Source of the DNA: Sedimentisphaerales bacterium | GTDB lineage: Bacteria; Planctomycetota; Phycisphaerae; Sedimentisphaerales; SM23-30 | Direction: 5' to 3' | NCBI GenBank assembly: GCA_963663805.2 | Contig: CAXXMR010000009.1 | Span: 416,001-480,000 of the forward strand | DNA length: 64,000 bases | In this document: piece by piece, positions 9,297 to 19,644 of the stretch | How positions within the stretch are numbered: the stretch's first letter is position 1 | Layout of the letters: each line of letters starts with the position of its first letter | Made by a program: the position numbers and the translations under genes | The notes under the pieces: model-generated | Told to the model about the DNA's origin: nothing | What the model saw: the letters and a program-made list of their open reading frames with translations, nothing else | Databases searched by the model: none

Positions 9297-12200
9297 AGTC
9301 CATTCTCCGTCAAGGGGAGCTTGATAATAAACGTTGTTCCGGTTTCGTGGTCGGTTTCGAAAGTGAGTGTTCCGTCGTGGTGAGTAATGATGGAATGGGA
9401 GATAGAAAGTCCCTGGCCTGTGCCTTTGCCCATGGTTTTGGTGGTGAAGAATGGGTCGAAGATTTTTGTTTGAGCGTGTTTAGGTATTCCGCCGCCGGAA
9501 TCTGAGATTCGTATTTCGACCCATTTGTCAGCGATGACATCTGTGGTAATAATAATCATGCCTTTGTCGGTCAGGTTTTTGTCGAGTGTTTCTCCGATAG
9601 CGTCAGCGGCGTTGGTGATGAGATTGAGGAATACCTGATTGAGTTCGGCGGGATAGCAGGAAATCATAGGCAGTTGTGGTTCGAGGTAAAGTTTGATGTC
9701 GGCGACGAATTTCCAGTGATTTTTTGAGATGGCAAGTGTGTTCTGGATGGCGTCATTTACATTGAGCATTTTTTTTGTTTTTTGACCAGGATGGGAGAAT
9801 TCCTTCATGGCCTTGACGATTTCGGCGACGGTTTTGACTCCCTCAAGCGAATGTTTAATTGCTTCGGGTATTTCCTGAGTGAGAAAATCAAGGTCTGTAT
9901 CCTGGACTTTGCTGTGGAGTTCTGCGAGCATTTTATGTGATTCTGCCGGCGTGGTGGTTTCCTCGTAGAGCGAATCGCACGATTGGATTAGTGAAATAAT
10001 TTCATTGAATCCTTCTTCGAGGAATCTGATATTGTCGCCGATATATTGGGTTGGGGTGTTGATTTCGTGAGCGATGCCGGAGGCGAGTTGGCCGATTGAT
10101 TCGAGTTTTTGAGCCTGGAGGAGCTGAGACTGCATAGCTTTTTGCTGGGTTGTATCGTGTACAATGCAAATGATGCCGAGGCAGTTTTGCTGCTGGTCCA
10201 TAAATCGTGCGGAATTAATGCTGACATTAATGACTGATTCTTCTTCCTCACTTGCTTTTTTGACCATGCGATATTCCTGGTCATAAAGCGAGCCTTCTTT
10301 TAGTATTGTCTGGAAGGAGTCGAGCAATTTTTGGTAGTCATCGGGATGGATAATATGTTCGATTGATTGGCCGATCAGTTCTTCAGGGGTATATCCGAGG
10401 ATTTCAGTAATGCGGTTATTGCACTGGAGTATATTTCCATCGCTCTTTATTGTGAGAATCATATTTGCGGCAGTTTCAAAGACGGATCGGTATTTTTCTT
10501 CATTATCCTGCATATTTTTGTTGATGCGTGACAACTGAATTACCTGTGAGACGGTGTTGCTGAGGCTTTCGAGCAGGGCGTCCTCGACGGGTGTAATGGG
10601 TTGTTTGGAGAACAATGCCAGGACTCCGATTGGTTTTTTTCCTGGGGTTTTCAATTGGTATCCGGCGAATGAGACCAAGCCAAGCTCTGCGGCCCATTTT
10701 TTATTATGTACCCAGGGATTGTTTAGGACGTCATTGGTGATGAATTTGCGTTCTATGTTGGAGGAGATTTTGCCGATTTTGTATGCTCCGAAAGGTACTC
10801 TTCGATGTCCTCTTCCGTCGATATGTGTATATCTGCCGGCACTGGAAACCAGGTGCAGGCATTCCTGTCTGTTTTTGCAGGCGGGAGGATTGCCGTCGAC
10901 GAAAGTCGCGTGTACACAGCTCAGAGTACATAAATCGCCCGGTTCGTTAATCCAGATACGGCAGAAGTCGGCCTGGAAGATTTCGACCACCGCCTGGGTG
11001 ACCTGGTCTAATTTGGCATTCAGGTCGCTGGTTCCGAGCAGTTCCAATTGGAGATGATTGAGTTTTTTGGAGGAGGTCTTCCCGGCGTTTTCTTTCGGTG
11101 ATGTCTCTGCCGAGCAGCAGGCAGACGTCTCCATCGCCGTTACTTGTGTCGATAACATTAATAGAAATTTCGAGCCAGCCATTGGATTGGTCCTGTCTCA
11201 GGAAGTGGACATCATTGATTCTGATGGCTGTTTTGTTGGCTCGGCATTGTTCGATGTTGTTTTTGATGATTTTACTGTCCCAGTTAATCTGGCAGGTATT
11301 GAGAGGGCTTCCAATAATGTCGATGGCATTAACGCCGAAGCAGGTTTCGGCGGCATGGTTCCACTGGAAGACGAAGTTTTTGCTGTCAAGGGCGATGAAG
11401 ATGTCAGAAATAGCGCTTATGGTGATTTCATTTTTATATCTAAGGTTCTGGAGCTGGGCCATGGTGCTTTGCAGTGTTTCGTTTTGTTTGCGGTTTTTAA
11501 CCATTCTTTTCAGCATGGCCAGGTACAACATAACTACTAATGTTGATATGCCGATTCCGATACCGGTGATTCCTCCGATTTCCCAATTGTTGCGGAGATG
11601 TGAGTTTTTCAACCAGCAGTGTATTTTCCATTTTTGTCCGGCGAATTCGATGTTTTCGGTATAATGGGGTGTGTTTTGCAATGGAGGTTCAGGTGATTTG
11701 CTAATTGAATTGTTGGTGGACGAGTTATAGAAATAGAAAGTTTCTTCGGGGTTTTCGGCAAGATATGTAATTGAGATATCAATATTCTGTTCGTTCAGTG
11801 ATGTTGTAACATCATCGATGATTTTATCAATGAGAAATACTCCGAAGACAAATCCCCTGATGTTTTTTCGTCTGCTTTCGATGGTGTCGAGAGCTTCGTA
11901 TTCATGGTAGAGAGGGTAGAATATCAGGAATCCCTTGTGGCCATAGGGATGGACAAGATTCAGAGGGCTGGTTGCTATGGCCTTGCCGGTGTCTCTGGCC
12001 GTGAGGATGGCTTTTCTTCGGGTTTTTTCAGAAAGCAGGTTGAATCCCATTGCTTCTTTGTTTGCCGCAAACGGTTCTGCGAAATGCACGGGATAATATT
12101 CGTTGGCTTTTTCCATACGAATGGTTTTTCCCTGCGGGCTTCTGGTGCTTATTTCGTAAGAGGGAAAAGTTTCCAGCCGTACAGAATTTTCGTATTCGAT

Positions 12201-12572
12201 ACGTTGTTCGTCAGTAATTCTTGGTGTCCACGCGATAGCATAGAGGCCTTTGGTTTGTTCCATCAGCGGGTACACATAGGAGTAGAATTTGTTATGGTCC
12301 ACCTTTGTTGAGCCGGCATAGAATCTGGTGGTTGAATTGATAAAGAAGAGATTTTTTTCGATGGATTTTTTTATAAGAGCGACTCGTCCGTTGGCGGTTT
12401 GGGAAACAAAATTCTGTACCTGTTCATTTTCCAGTTCCCGGCTGATGGTAATGAAGAGCATAGCGCCGATGGCGGCCATCGCAACCACGACGATGATTTT
12501 AAGGTAATCATCCCTTTTGAAGTCTTTGAATACGATTTTTGGGTTAAATTTTTCAATAATTTTTCGAATCAT
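9293..12572 (-). CDS. CHASE-PAS-GAF-PAS sensor histidine kinase (NtrB-like), split by one frameshift
   Basis: ORFs 10947-12572 (TM-CHASE-TM-PAS) and 9293-11182 (GAF, PAS, GIAHEINTP, NAADA, DSGGG, PFFTTK, GTGQGL) fuse as RREDLLQK/LNHLQLELL if one base is removed from the T6 run at 11063-11068. Confidence 0.88.
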
Positions 12573-12587
12573 GGCTGTTGTTTTAAC

Positions 12588-13757
12588 TTATATAAAATTA
12601 ACAAGGGCGTCATCGAGTGCGGACCTACGGACATTTTCGGGTCTGTCGAATCTTTCTCTCAATTCCTTGATTTGGTTATGTTTATTTTTGAAGGCAGCGA
12701 AGATCATGGGGTCGAAGTGTTTGCCGACGTCGGCCTTCATGATATTAAGGGTTTTTTCTTCGGAGAACGCGGGTTTGTAGGGTCTTTCGGAGCGTAGGGC
12801 GTCATAGGCATCGACCAGTCCGACGATTCTGCCGGGCAGGGGGATGTTGTCTTTGGCGATTTGGTTTGGGTATCCGGTTCCGTTCCATTTTTCGTGGTGG
12901 GTGAGTGCGATTTCGGCGGCCATCTTCAGGATGGGGTTCATTTTGGGTGGTTTGAATGCGGTTTTGAGGTATTCGGATTGAAATTCGGCGTCAAACTCCG
13001 GTGTTTGCCTGAGAATACGACTGCCGATTTCGCAATGTTTGGTCATAATAAACCATTCGTCCTGGTCGAGTTTACCGGGTTTGAGTAATATTTCGTCGGG
13101 GATGCCGATTTTTCCGACATCATGCAGGGGGCTGGCCCAGAAGATGGTATCGAGGAAATCGGCGGACATGCCCAGTTCCTCGGCGAGTATCCGGCTGAAA
13201 TATCCGACTCTGAAAGTGTGTCTTCCGGTTTCTTCGTGTCGGAATTCTGCGGCGAGGGCAAGTCTCCAGATGGCGTCGCGATGGGCTGATTCAAGTTCGT
13301 CGGTACGCTCTTTAACTTTTTGGTCAAGGATTTGATTTTGTAATTTGAGTTGGTCCTGAGTTTCTTTTAGTTTCAGTACGCTGCGTAGCCGTGCGAGTAA
13401 ATCTTCGGCGGAAACCGGCTTGTTGAGTAAATCGGCGGCGCCCAGTTCGAGTGCCTGTCTTTTGAGTTGGTCTTCGCCTATTCCGGTGATGATTATGACC
13501 GGAATGTCTCTGGTTATTGGTGATAGTTTGAGATGGCAGAGGAATTCGAATCCGTCCGCTCCGGGCATATTAATATCGGAGACGATGGCATCAAAAGTAT
13601 AGCTGCTGATTTCCCTGAGGGCATCCTGGGCATTTTGGGTGTAATGGGTAGTCCAGTCGGGGCAGGCGGTATGCACCACCCTTCTGAGTCCATCAAGGCA
13701 ATACTTTTCGTCGTCGACAAAAAGTATACGTTTTTGTTTATCTCTGCTTCCGCCCAT
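12588..13757 (-). CDS. REC + HD-GYP cyclic-dinucleotide phosphodiesterase (RpfG-like)
   Basis: Receiver N-terminus; ETGRHT, LHDVGKIG, HHEKWNGTGYP, DAYDAL, RPYK motifs. Confidence 0.93.
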   Translation of the reverse strand: MGGSRDKQKRILFVDDEKYCLDGLRRVVHTACPDWTTHYTQNAQDALREISSYTFDAIVSDINMPGADGFEFLCHLKLSPITRDIPVIIITGIGEDQLKRQALELGAADLLNKPVSAEDLLARLRSVLKLKETQDQLKLQNQILDQKVKERTDELESAHRDAIWRLALAAEFRHEETGRHTFRVGYFSRILAEELGMSADFLDTIFWASPLHDVGKIGIPDEILLKPGKLDQDEWFIMTKHCEIGSRILRQTPEFDAEFQSEYLKTAFKPPKMNPILKMAAEIALTHHEKWNGTGYPNQIAKDNIPLPGRIVGLVDAYDALRSERPYKPAFSEEKTLNIMKADVGKHFDPMIFAAFKNKHNQIKELRERFDRPENVRRSALDDALVNFI

Positions 13758-14046
13758 TATTATCGGCCTTTTCGTTATCGGTACAGGCTGGTGCCTGTTG
13801 GGTTATTTGCGGCAAGTGTCCCACTTTCAATGCCCTTGTCAGTACATTAAAAACACTTCATTAGGTAATTTCGGCAGGAAGTTGATGGTAGGTGATTTAA
13901 TAGTTGCGGATTTTCCGGGGATATATTGATACGCCGATAATATATCAGTTATCAGGGCAGTTATTCAGGAGGATAGGGGAACTGCGTGAGTTGGTGTATT
14001 GAGGGATTTGCGGGGGGAAAGATATGTTATAGGAATCTGGTGGTAT

Positions 14047-14170
14047 TTAAGAAGGCATGAGGCAGGAGTGAACGACACGGCGAGGCGCCGCCTTTGGCGT
14101 TCCCGATGGTGGCAAGTATATGATGTTTGGTGGTTGGCTCCGGCCGCTTACGCGGCTCGGTTTCTGTTGG
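14047..14170 (+). repeat. dispersed intergenic repeat (heptamer unit + REP-like palindrome)
   Basis: TTAAGAAGGCATGAGGCAGGAGTGAAC...; CCGGCCGCTTACGCGGCTCGGTTTCTGTTGG. Confidence 0.7.
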
Positions 14171-14205
14171 TGCGTATTGCATTGATGGATTGATGTAGAC
14201 CTTTT

Positions 14206-15360
14206 TTACTTCATGCTGTACCGGCGTCTGTAGGCCAGCGGGGAAAGTCCCTTTTCCTGTTTGAAGAATCTGGAGATGTGGTTGATATTGGAGAAGCCGA
14301 GGTTCAGGGCGATTTCGATAATTGACATGTTGGTTTCGGTCAGTAGTTCGGCCATTCGGTTGATTTTTTCTTTTTTGATTCTTTCGTGTACGGAATATCC
14401 CAGGCTGCTGCGAAACCTGAGCTGGAGGGCTCTTTTGGAGAGGCAGACATGCTCGGCGACATCCGATACCTGAATCATTTCCCGTGAGTTTTCGCGAATA
14501 AATCGCAGAGCGTCGGCGATTTCGCGGTCGTGGACACAATAGATGTCGGTTGATTGTCTGGTAATCACACCGATAGGGGCGACGATAATTCGGTCGGTTT
14601 CCGGCTCTAGACCTTCCATCATTTCGTCGAGCAGTTTGGCGGATTCGTAGCCGGCGCGGACATTATTTAGTTTTATACTGGAAAGTGAAGGGTAGCATAA
14701 ATCGCAAATTACCTCGTCGTTATCGACACCCAGGACGGCCATATCGTCGGGGATTCTCACTTCGGCAATCTTGGCAGCCTCGATTAACTGACTGGCCCGG
14801 TCGTCATTGCAGGCCATTACCGCTATGGGCTTGGGGATGCTTCTGATCCATTCTACCAGCAGTTTCTGGTCACTATTGATAGAAATCTGTTTTTTTGTGG
14901 GCGCGAAAATATGTGGCTCTACCCCTGCTTCATTGATAGTTTTTTTGAAGGCCTGGCACCTGTCGTTTGACCAGAACATATTGGTCAGGCCGCAAAAACC
15001 GAACTCTCTGAATCCGAGCTTGAGCAGATGCTCGGCGGCGATTTGCCCCATGCCGGGATTATCACCTTTAACATTGGGGATACCAGCGATGTCTTTTTCT
15101 ATGTGAATGGCAATTACCACAGGAATGCCGCTGTCTCTGAGTTTTTCCGCGTCGCGTGGCGAACGCACAATCATTCCGTCAGGTTTCCAGTCGATGATTT
15201 GCTTTAGTGATTTGAATGTCTGGTTGGTGTAGAATGGTTCTTCGTGATAGAAGGCCCAGGGGCCGTAACGTTTGGAGTATTCGGCGATGCCGGCCAGGAG
15301 TGAGCGGCCATAAGCGCGGGATGCCTCAATTTGCAGGATGACTCTTTTTACGTTTTTCAT
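14206..15360 (-). CDS. XylR-type transcriptional activator (LacI-like sensor domain + AraC HTH)
   Basis: AYGRSLLAGIAEY, AVMACNDDRA, VLGVDND, RQSTD, and C-terminal LGFSNINHISRFFKQEKGLSPLAYR. Confidence 0.92.
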   Translation of the reverse strand: MKNVKRVILQIEASRAYGRSLLAGIAEYSKRYGPWAFYHEEPFYTNQTFKSLKQIIDWKPDGMIVRSPRDAEKLRDSGIPVVIAIHIEKDIAGIPNVKGDNPGMGQIAAEHLLKLGFREFGFCGLTNMFWSNDRCQAFKKTINEAGVEPHIFAPTKKQISINSDQKLLVEWIRSIPKPIAVMACNDDRASQLIEAAKIAEVRIPDDMAVLGVDNDEVICDLCYPSLSSIKLNNVRAGYESAKLLDEMMEGLEPETDRIIVAPIGVITRQSTDIYCVHDREIADALRFIRENSREMIQVSDVAEHVCLSKRALQLRFRSSLGYSVHERIKKEKINRMAELLTETNMSIIEIALNLGFSNINHISRFFKQEKGLSPLAYRRRYSMK

Positions 15361-15673
15361 GTCGGCCTCGAACTACCTGCGGTGAGCGAATCGCCGCGGG
15401 CGTTTGTTGCATAGGACGCTCCAGTTTGTCGCCGGGGTCGTTATTTTCTTACTTCTCCTATCGGGAAAAGCCTGACTAATTATAACATAGAATAGCCATT
15501 TTGCGCAAAGTAAATTTACGATTTCGGTTATCGGTCTGTGTTTGTTGTGGGTTTGCGGGCGTATTAACGGACCTTATGGTTCCGTTTTGGATGTTGATAT
15601 TGAGCTTACGGATGATTTTTACGAATTAACTTCTTAGTCCGCAGTCGGTTAAGAGGGGGTTTGATACTATTCT

Positions 15674-15865
15674 TGCGCGTTATGGATAAAGTTTTGCGTA
15701 AAAAGGTGCGGCGGTTGGATTCCGATATATAATATATTGGGTATGAAAGGTTTAGCGGATATTTGGACGTAATTGACAAGTAAAAAAAAGGCTCGGATAG
15801 ATGCGCGAAATGGAGAACAAACTGCGCGAACTGGGGTGGACTGCCATTGGTGTCTGAGAGATAAT
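15674..15865 (+). promoter_or_regulatory. two tandem pairs of direct-repeat operator half-sites, each followed by a -10-like box
   Basis: TGCGCGTTATGGA 15674 / TGCGTAAAAAGGT 15695 and TGCGCGAAATGGA 15802 / TGCGCGAACTGGG 15823, both pairs 21 bp apart; TATAAT at 15728, GATAAT at 15860. Confidence 0.6.
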
Positions 15866-15918
15866 ATTGTCAGGCACAGGTTAGAAAAATATTCGGGAAT
15901 CCTTGACGAGGTTTGGCT

Positions 15919-16713
15919 ATGAAGAAAAGGACTGGTTTTACGCTGGTTGAACTGTTGGTTGTGGTGGCGATTATCGCACTGCTGGTGAGTATCTTACTGC
16001 CGGCTTTGGGTAAGGCCAGGGAGTCTGCCAAGCGGGTGATTTGCGGTTCGAATATTCGGTCTATGGGTACGGGATTGATGATTTACGCTGATTCGAACAA
16101 TGATTATTTGTTGGAGCAGTTCAGGGATACTTATCCTAACCCGTTGCCGTGGCTTAGTCCGATTGCGTATTATGGGAGTATCAACAATCCCAAGCCTACT
16201 CAGTTTGGTTTGCTTCATGATGACGGTCTTTTTCCTGATGCCAATATTTTTTATTGTCCTTCTCAGCCTCAGCGAGATACTTATCCTTTGCCCTATTATT
16301 ATGATTTTTATACTTCCAACGGTTCGGTTGAGTGGGGTAAGAAGCTGGTTCAGTCGGCTAATGGTAACTGGCTGGTGCGTACTTCTTATAATTATTGGGT
16401 GGTGGGGAATATATCCAAGCAGCTGGCGGCGGGCGTTACAAAGATAGAAACCAGGGTGAAGATTCAGAATCTGGTGCGTGAACCGATTCTTTTTGATAAT
16501 TGTCAGGAATGGGAGGTTCTGCCGCATAAGAAGAGAGAAAGAGAGCCGCAAGGGATTAACACTTATTTCGCAGACGGCCATGTGAGCTTTTGTAATAGTG
16601 AACGGTTGTTTTCCAGTGAATGCTGGCCCCGCACTGAAGGGTACTATAACGGGCCGGGCAATATTCTGTCTTATTTCGAGAATATTATTGAGGAGCTGGA
16701 GTTTTTGCAGTAA
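15919..16713 (+). CDS. prepilin-type N-terminal cleavage/methylation protein with H-X9-DG-like C-terminus (DUF1559-like)
   Basis: MKKRTG/FTLVELLVVVAIIALLVSILLPALGKARESAKRVICGSN; FYCPS; H...GINTYFADGHV. Confidence 0.92.
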   Translation: MKKRTGFTLVELLVVVAIIALLVSILLPALGKARESAKRVICGSNIRSMGTGLMIYADSNNDYLLEQFRDTYPNPLPWLSPIAYYGSINNPKPTQFGLLHDDGLFPDANIFYCPSQPQRDTYPLPYYYDFYTSNGSVEWGKKLVQSANGNWLVRTSYNYWVVGNISKQLAAGVTKIETRVKIQNLVREPILFDNCQEWEVLPHKKREREPQGINTYFADGHVSFCNSERLFSSECWPRTEGYYNGPGNILSYFENIIEELEFLQ

Positions 16714-16768
16714 GCGATTTGGGGTCGGATAATTAAATTAAAGGCGAGAGAAGGTTACGGAAGGTAAG

Positions 16769-17791
16769 ATGTTCATGGTACGTATATTGTTTGGCTTTAT
16801 TCTGTTGTTTTTTGCTTTTGGTCTGGTTGAAGGTGCTACCGAGGTGGATTATCCGGGGCTGCTTTACGATATTTATGTTGACGCGACGACGAGTAATACG
16901 TGGGCAACTGACTCGGCGGCTTATCCTTCGCTTTCGGACTGGTCTTATGGTTCCAGTGAGAGTGCCAGCGTGATTGTGGATAGATGGTATCGCAAGGAAG
17001 GCAGCAGTGCGGCATTGTATGGCACGGCTTTTCAGGGGGTGGGCCCGGCATTGCCGCAGTTGACGATGGTGGCTGACGGGCTTGATTCGGCGAAGACTTA
17101 TAATGTTTATGCGGTTTATTGGGGACGGTTGGCTCCGGAATATTGGTATTGCTATGTGGGGCTGGACGGTGAGCCGATGTGGCTGGCGGACAGTACGACA
17201 GAGTACGATAATATATTCTGTACGGGCACTTTTGTGATTGATGGCAGTCAGTTTTTTGTGGGGCAGGTTAGTGGGGTTAGCAGTGTGGCGGTTAATATTG
17301 ATGGGCCGGAGACGAGTTCCGATACTTATCGGGCCTGGTTTGATGGTTTGGCGTTTGTGGAGACTACGCCGGGGCCTTTTGTTACGGTTGATATAGCGGC
17401 AAATATAACCGACCCGACTAGCTTTGCGGTTAATCCGCGGGATGATTCGGTGATTGGTGTTCAACCGGGGTTGGGCGCGAATCAGGTTGTGCAGGGCAAA
17501 CGGATTGAGATTACTACGGATGTGCAGGCGGGGAACTGCCCGGATATTTATGATTTCATTGGGTTCAGCGGCGATATAACGGATAGTGAAAATACGCTGC
17601 GGGTGAAGGCTGATGCGAATATATCGCTTATGGTGAACTATGAAGTTCTGGTTTATACGCCGGTGTGCGGCAGTGATATTTGTCATCCGAGAGCGGACGG
17701 CGATACCAATGATGACTGTGTGGTGGATGAAGCCGATTTGGTTAATCTGGCGAATAACTGGCTGATATGCACTCGGCCTGAGTGTGATTGA
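16769..17791 (+). CDS. secreted protein: shared ~160-aa domain + InlB-B-like repeat + dockerin-like tail
   Basis: Signal peptide; domain paralogous to the next two genes; ends CHPRADGDTNDDCVVDEADLVNLANNWL. Confidence 0.8.
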   Translation: MFMVRILFGFILLFFAFGLVEGATEVDYPGLLYDIYVDATTSNTWATDSAAYPSLSDWSYGSSESASVIVDRWYRKEGSSAALYGTAFQGVGPALPQLTMVADGLDSAKTYNVYAVYWGRLAPEYWYCYVGLDGEPMWLADSTTEYDNIFCTGTFVIDGSQFFVGQVSGVSSVAVNIDGPETSSDTYRAWFDGLAFVETTPGPFVTVDIAANITDPTSFAVNPRDDSVIGVQPGLGANQVVQGKRIEITTDVQAGNCPDIYDFIGFSGDITDSENTLRVKADANISLMVNYEVLVYTPVCGSDICHPRADGDTNDDCVVDEADLVNLANNWLICTRPECD

Positions 17792-17803
17792 GTTTTTTAG
17801 GGG

Positions 17804-17922
17804 AAAGGCATTTAAGAAGGCATGAGGCATTAGGCAGGAGGCACGAGGGAACGGCTTGGTTTCGGCCTTTGGCTGAGGTTGTTTATTTAACGGTAACGGC
17901 GTTGCTTGCTTACGTGTGCGGT
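17804..17922 (+). repeat. dispersed intergenic repeat
   Basis: TTAAGAAGGCATGAGGCATTAGGCAGGAGGCACGAGG...GTTTCGGCCTTTGGC...TTTAACGGTAACGGC, similar to 5855-5950. Confidence 0.7.
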
Positions 17923-18020
17923 GCTGATATGTAAAGTTTGGGAAATGTTATTTTGGCTGTTTTTATTGCTCCATTGAGGCAGCTATAAAATCTGGAGCGG
18001 TTCAAGAAAAGGAGAAGGCA

Positions 18021-18650
18021 ATGAAAAAGCTAGTGTGTCTGATGATGGTGTTGAGTTTTTGTGCGATTGCTCAGGCTGTTACGGTTGATACGGTTACCGG
18101 TGTTTATTTCGATGCGACGATAGATAATACCTGGGCGACGGATGTTTCGAGTTTTCCGAATCTGGATGACTGGTCGTATGTCACACCCACGAATGTGGTT
18201 TACAACAAGTGGTATCGCAAGACGGGCAGTACTTCGGCGATTGACGGTACGGCGTTTCAGGGTGAAGGGCCGACATTGCCTCAGTTGACGACGACCGTTG
18301 CGGCTGATCCGAGCAAGAGTTACGATGTTTATGTGGTTTTTCATGCTCGCAACATCGGCGGGACCTGGTTTATTTATGCCGGTCTGCCGGGTGATGATCT
18401 GGTTCTCTATGATGAGACGAACGCAAGTTATATTCTGGGTGAAGGTACTTTGATAAGCTGTCAGACAAAACTGGGGACGGTTTCGGGCTTGAGTTCGATT
18501 TCCATCAATGTCAACGGGCCGGCAAGTCAGACTAACGGCGGTCAGCGGGCCTGGTATGACGGTGTGGCACTGGTAGAGGTGCCGGAGCCGGCGACGGTTT
18601 TGTTTCTTGGTGTCGGTGGTTTTTTTGCGATGATTAGAAAGAGAAAATAG
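18021..18650 (+). CDS. PEP-CTERM protein carrying the shared domain
   Basis: Signal peptide; ends VPEPATVLFLGVGGFFAMIRKRK; RBS AGGAG upstream. Confidence 0.9.
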   Translation: MKKLVCLMMVLSFCAIAQAVTVDTVTGVYFDATIDNTWATDVSSFPNLDDWSYVTPTNVVYNKWYRKTGSTSAIDGTAFQGEGPTLPQLTTTVAADPSKSYDVYVVFHARNIGGTWFIYAGLPGDDLVLYDETNASYILGEGTLISCQTKLGTVSGLSSISINVNGPASQTNGGQRAWYDGVALVEVPEPATVLFLGVGGFFAMIRKRK

Positions 18651-18680
18651 ACTTTCTTCGATAAAGACAAGGAAGAGCGT

Positions 18681-19568
18681 ATGAAGTTGAATTACATCTG
18701 GTTAATACTGTTATGCCCGGCACTTTGTCTGGGTGTAGGTGTGGGTGATTATCCTAAGCTGGTCTATGATATTTATGTGGACGGCAGTACGGATAATCTC
18801 TGGCCGACGGACGCGGCGAGTTATCCGAATCTTTCGGATTGGCTGATTAGTCCGGCGGTTGCCGATAAGTGGTATCCCAAGATTGGCAGTGCGGCTGCTA
18901 TTAACGGTACGGCTTTTCAGGGGTATGGGACCGCTTTGCCGCAGTTGACGATGGCTGTTGATGGTCTGGACATGGCGAAGGTTTACGACGTTTACGGCGT
19001 TTTCTGGGTAAAGAAAAAGTGGACCGGTTCTGAATATTGGTACACTTTGATTGGTATCAGCGGTAATGAGCTGCTGCTGGGTGATTATGACAGTGCGGAT
19101 GTGGTTTTTAACGAAGGTGTTTTCTCCATCCAGGGAGTAGAAAAGTTTCTGGGGCAGGTCAGCGGTGTTGAGTCGTTTACGGTCGATATTGACGGGCCTG
19201 AGACGGACTGGCTTTCGCGGGCGTGGTTTGACGGTATCGCTTTGGTAGAAGCCAAGGTCGATAGTGTTATGCCGACGGTCGGTCAGCATGATTACACTAA
19301 TGGTGAGGTGGTTCAGTTGAACGCTTACGATTATGTTGATTGCCCGGAAGTTTGCGTGTTCGAACGTTGGGTTGGTGATGTGACTGACCCTTACCTGCCC
19401 CAGACAACTGTTATTATGGACGGGCCGAAGACCGTTACCGCGGTGTTTAACTACTTTGAAGGAGCGGCCTGCGGTGATTTATGTCATCCGATTCTGCCGG
19501 GTGATGTGAATGATGATTGTATGGTCGATTTGATGGATTTAGCGATAATGGCCAAGGATTGGTTTTGA
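18681..19568 (+). CDS. secreted protein: shared domain + InlB-B-like repeat + dockerin-like tail
   Basis: Paralog of 16769; FERWVGDV..TTVIMDGPKTVTAVF; ends CHPILPGDVNDDCMVDLMDLAIMAKDWF. Confidence 0.8.
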   Translation: MKLNYIWLILLCPALCLGVGVGDYPKLVYDIYVDGSTDNLWPTDAASYPNLSDWLISPAVADKWYPKIGSAAAINGTAFQGYGTALPQLTMAVDGLDMAKVYDVYGVFWVKKKWTGSEYWYTLIGISGNELLLGDYDSADVVFNEGVFSIQGVEKFLGQVSGVESFTVDIDGPETDWLSRAWFDGIALVEAKVDSVMPTVGQHDYTNGEVVQLNAYDYVDCPEVCVFERWVGDVTDPYLPQTTVIMDGPKTVTAVFNYFEGAACGDLCHPILPGDVNDDCMVDLMDLAIMAKDWF

Positions 19569-19644
19569 GTTAAGAAATAAGACGTAAGTGTACGGCTACG
19601 AGTAAGCGATTAAGGCAGGCAAAAGAAATATAGAAGGTTTATTG

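Noticed and set aside
11063..11068. Programmed frameshift or phase variation in the CHASE kinase
   Set aside because: The run is only 6 nt and the same single-base homopolymer defect appears in many unrelated genes, so assembly error is simpler.
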